Source of the DNA: Ginglymostoma cirratum
Lineage: Eukaryota
Length of the DNA stretch: 64,000 nt
NCBI GenBank assembly: GCA_024137785.1
Contig: JAHRHZ010000146.1
Location: 85,571-149,570 of the forward strand
Reading direction: 5' to 3'
Shown here piece after piece: positions 61,140 through 64,000 of this stretch (within the stretch, counting starts at the first letter, position 1; each line of letters opens with the position of its first letter). Below the pieces are notes generated by a model. That model was not told where the DNA came from. It did no database searches and worked only from the letters and a program-made list of their open reading frames with translations. Both the position numbers and the translations under genes were made by a program.

Positions 61140-64000
61140 AACAAAGAAAATTACAGCACAGGAACAGGCCCTTCGGCCCTCCAAGCCTGCACCGACATGC
61201 TGCCTGTCACAACTACGGGACCATATCACTCTATCCCCATCCTATTCATGTATTTGTCAAGATGCCCTTTAAAAGTCACTATAGTATCTGCTTCCACTAC
61301 CTCCCCCAGCAGAGAGTTCCAGGCACCCACCACCCTCTGTGTAAAAAACTTACCTCGTACATCGCCTTTAAACCCTTCCCCTCGCACCTTAAACCCATGG
61401 CCCCTGGTAACTGACTCTTTCACCCAGGGAAAAAGCTTCTGACTGTCCACTCTGTCCATGCCCTTCATAATCTTGTAGACCTCTATCAGGTCGCCCCTCA
61501 ACCTCCATTGTTTCAGTGAGAACAGCCCAAGTTTCTCCAACCTCTCCTCATAGCTAATGCACTACATACCGGGCAACATACTGGTAAATCTTTTCTGTAC
61601 CCTCTCCAAAGCCACCACATCCTTCTGGTAGTGGGGCGACCAGAATTGAACACAATATTCCAAATGCAGCCTAACTAAGATTCTATAAATCTGCAACATT
61701 ACCTGCCAATTTTTAAACTCAATGCCCTGGCTGATGAAGGCAAGCTTGCCGTATGCCTTGTTGACTACCCTCACCACCTGCGTTGCCACTTTCAGTGACC
61801 TGTGTACCTGTACACCCAGATCCCTCTGCCTATCAGTACTCTTGAGGTTTCTGACATTTACTGTATATTTTCCACCTGATTAGTCCTTCCAAAATGCATT
61901 ACCTCACATCTTTCCGGATTAAACTCCATCTGCCATCTCTCTGCCTGAGTCACCAACCGATCTATATCTTGCTGTATCCTTTGACGGTCCTCATCACTAT
62001 CCGTAATTGCATTAACCTTTGTGTCGTCAGCAAGCTTACTAATCAGATCAGTTCCATTCTCCTCCAAATCATTTATATATATTACAAACAGCAAAGGTCC
62101 CAACACTGATCCCTGAGGAACGCCACTAGTCACAGCCCTCTGTTCATAAATGCACCCTTCCACTGCTACCCTCTGTCTTCTATGACCAAGTCAGTTTTTT
62201 ATCCATCTTACAAGCTCACCACGACCCCGTGCAACTTTACCTTCTGTATCAGTCTGCCATGAGGGACCTTGTCAAAGGCCTTAGTGAAGTCCATGTAGAC
62301 AACATCTACTGCCCTACCCTTATCGATCATCTTCGTCACTTCCCCAAAAAACTCAACCAAGTTAGTGAGACACGACCTCTCCTTCATAAAACCATGTTCC
62401 TCTCACTAATACGCCGGTTGATTTCCAGGTGGCAGTAAATCCTGTCTCAAAGAATCCTCCCCAATAATTTCTCTACCACTGACATGAGGCTCACCGGCCT
62501 GTAATTAGCTGGATTATCCCTGCCACCTTTCTTAAACAAAGGAACAACATTGGCTATTCTCCAATTATCTGGGACATCCCCTGTAGCCAGGCAGGATACA
62601 AAAATTTACCTCAAGGCCCCAGCAATTTCCTCCCTTGCCTCTCTCAGTATTCTTCAGGCCCTGGGGACTTGAGTACCTTAATGTTTTTCAAGACCCGGAA
62701 TACCTCCTCCCTTTTGACCTCAACATGATCCAAACTATCTACACACCCTTCCCCAGACTCATCATCCATCAAGTCCTTCTCTATGGTGAGTACTGACAAA
62801 AAGTCCATGCTTGTTGTCTCGGATTCTCCAGCATCTGCAGTACCTTTTATCTCATCTAATACCTCGCCCAATTCCTCTGGCTCTGCACATAAATTCCCTT
62901 CCCCGTCCTATAGTGGGCCAAACCTCTGCCTGGCTACCCTCTTACTCTTTATATGTGTATAAAAAGCCTTGGGATTTTCCTTAATCTTGTTGGTCAATGA
63001 CTTTTCATGACCCCTTTTAGCCCTCCTGACTCCTTGCTTAAGTTTGTTTCGACTTTCCTTCTATCGACTTTCCTCGACTTTCCACCCTTGCTTCGTGTGT
63101 TCCCAGCCTCCTAGCCTTGATAAATGCTTCCTTTTTCTTTTTGATTATGCTCACAATATCTCTTGTTATCCAAGGTTTCCTAAACTTGCCATACTTATCC
63201 TTCATCCTTAAAGAAAAGTACCGTTCCTGAGTTCTCAGCAACTTGCACTTGAAAGCCTCCCACATACCGGATGTTGATTTGCCCTCAAACATCTGCCTCC
63301 AATCTACATTCTTCAGTTCCTGCCTAATATTGTTGTAATTAGCCTTCCCCCAATTTAACACCTTCACTTGACAACTACACCTATTTAATCCATCAGTACC
63401 TTAAAGCTTACTGAATTGTGATCACTGTTCCCGAGCTGCACCCCTACTGTGACATCGACCACCTGGCCAGGCTCATTCCCCAGTACTATGTCCAGTATGG
63501 CCTCTTTCCTAGTTGGACTATCTACATACTGTTTCAAGAAGCCCTCCTGGATGCTTTTTACAAACTCTGCCTCATTCAAGCTCAAAGCACTAAGTGAGTC
63601 CCACTCAATATATGAGAAGTTAATATCACCCACAAAAGCAATGCTGTTACTTTTATATCTTGCCAAAATCTGCCTACATATCTGTTCTTCTATCACCCAC
63701 TGGCTGTTGGGAGGCCCATAGCAAGCCCCAAACATTGTGATTGCACCCTTCCTGTTCCTGAGCTCGACCCATATTGCCTCGCTGTACGATCTGTCCAGTG
63801 TGTCCTCCCGCAGTACAGCTGTGATATCTCCTTAACAAGTAGTGGAACTCCCCCACACCTTTTACATCCCCCTCTATCCCACCTGAAACATCTGTATTCT
63901 GGAACATTAAGCTGCCAATCCTGTCCCTCCTTTAATTAAGTCTCTGTAATAGCAACAACATCATATTTCGAAGTACGAATCCAAGCTTTAAGTTTATCTG
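61140..64000 (-). mobile_element. CR1 LINE ORF2 (APE + RT), disrupted
   Basis: YGPPNS..GDIN..SDHN endonuclease motifs; GVPQGSVLGP, LADD RT motifs. Confidence 0.92.

Overview
Repeat-dense eukaryotic DNA, almost certainly from a shark (inferred from HE1-type SINEs, CR1/HER1-type LINEs and a shark-type MHC class I). The only recognisable host gene is a complete 7-coding-exon MHC class I heavy-chain pseudogene on the minus strand (54321..49632). It has intact splice sites and an X-Y promoter module but carries three in-frame stops and a frameshift. The rest is nested mobile DNA: many CR1 fragments (one with an open 486-aa RT stretch), Penelope-like (GIY-YIG) elements and short fold-back derivatives carrying hammerhead-ribozyme cores and 12-13 bp TSDs, an internally deleted class I ERV with 5' LTR and tRNA-Ser PBS, a Gypsy pol fragment with an internal inversion, a decayed gag of a second LTR/retrovirus-like lineage, a Harbinger transposase fossil, RTE and Rex/Babar fragments, a long-TIR element, mini/microsatellites and two N gaps. 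Repeat boundaries were judged by eye and are approximate; MHC exon boundaries were read base by base.
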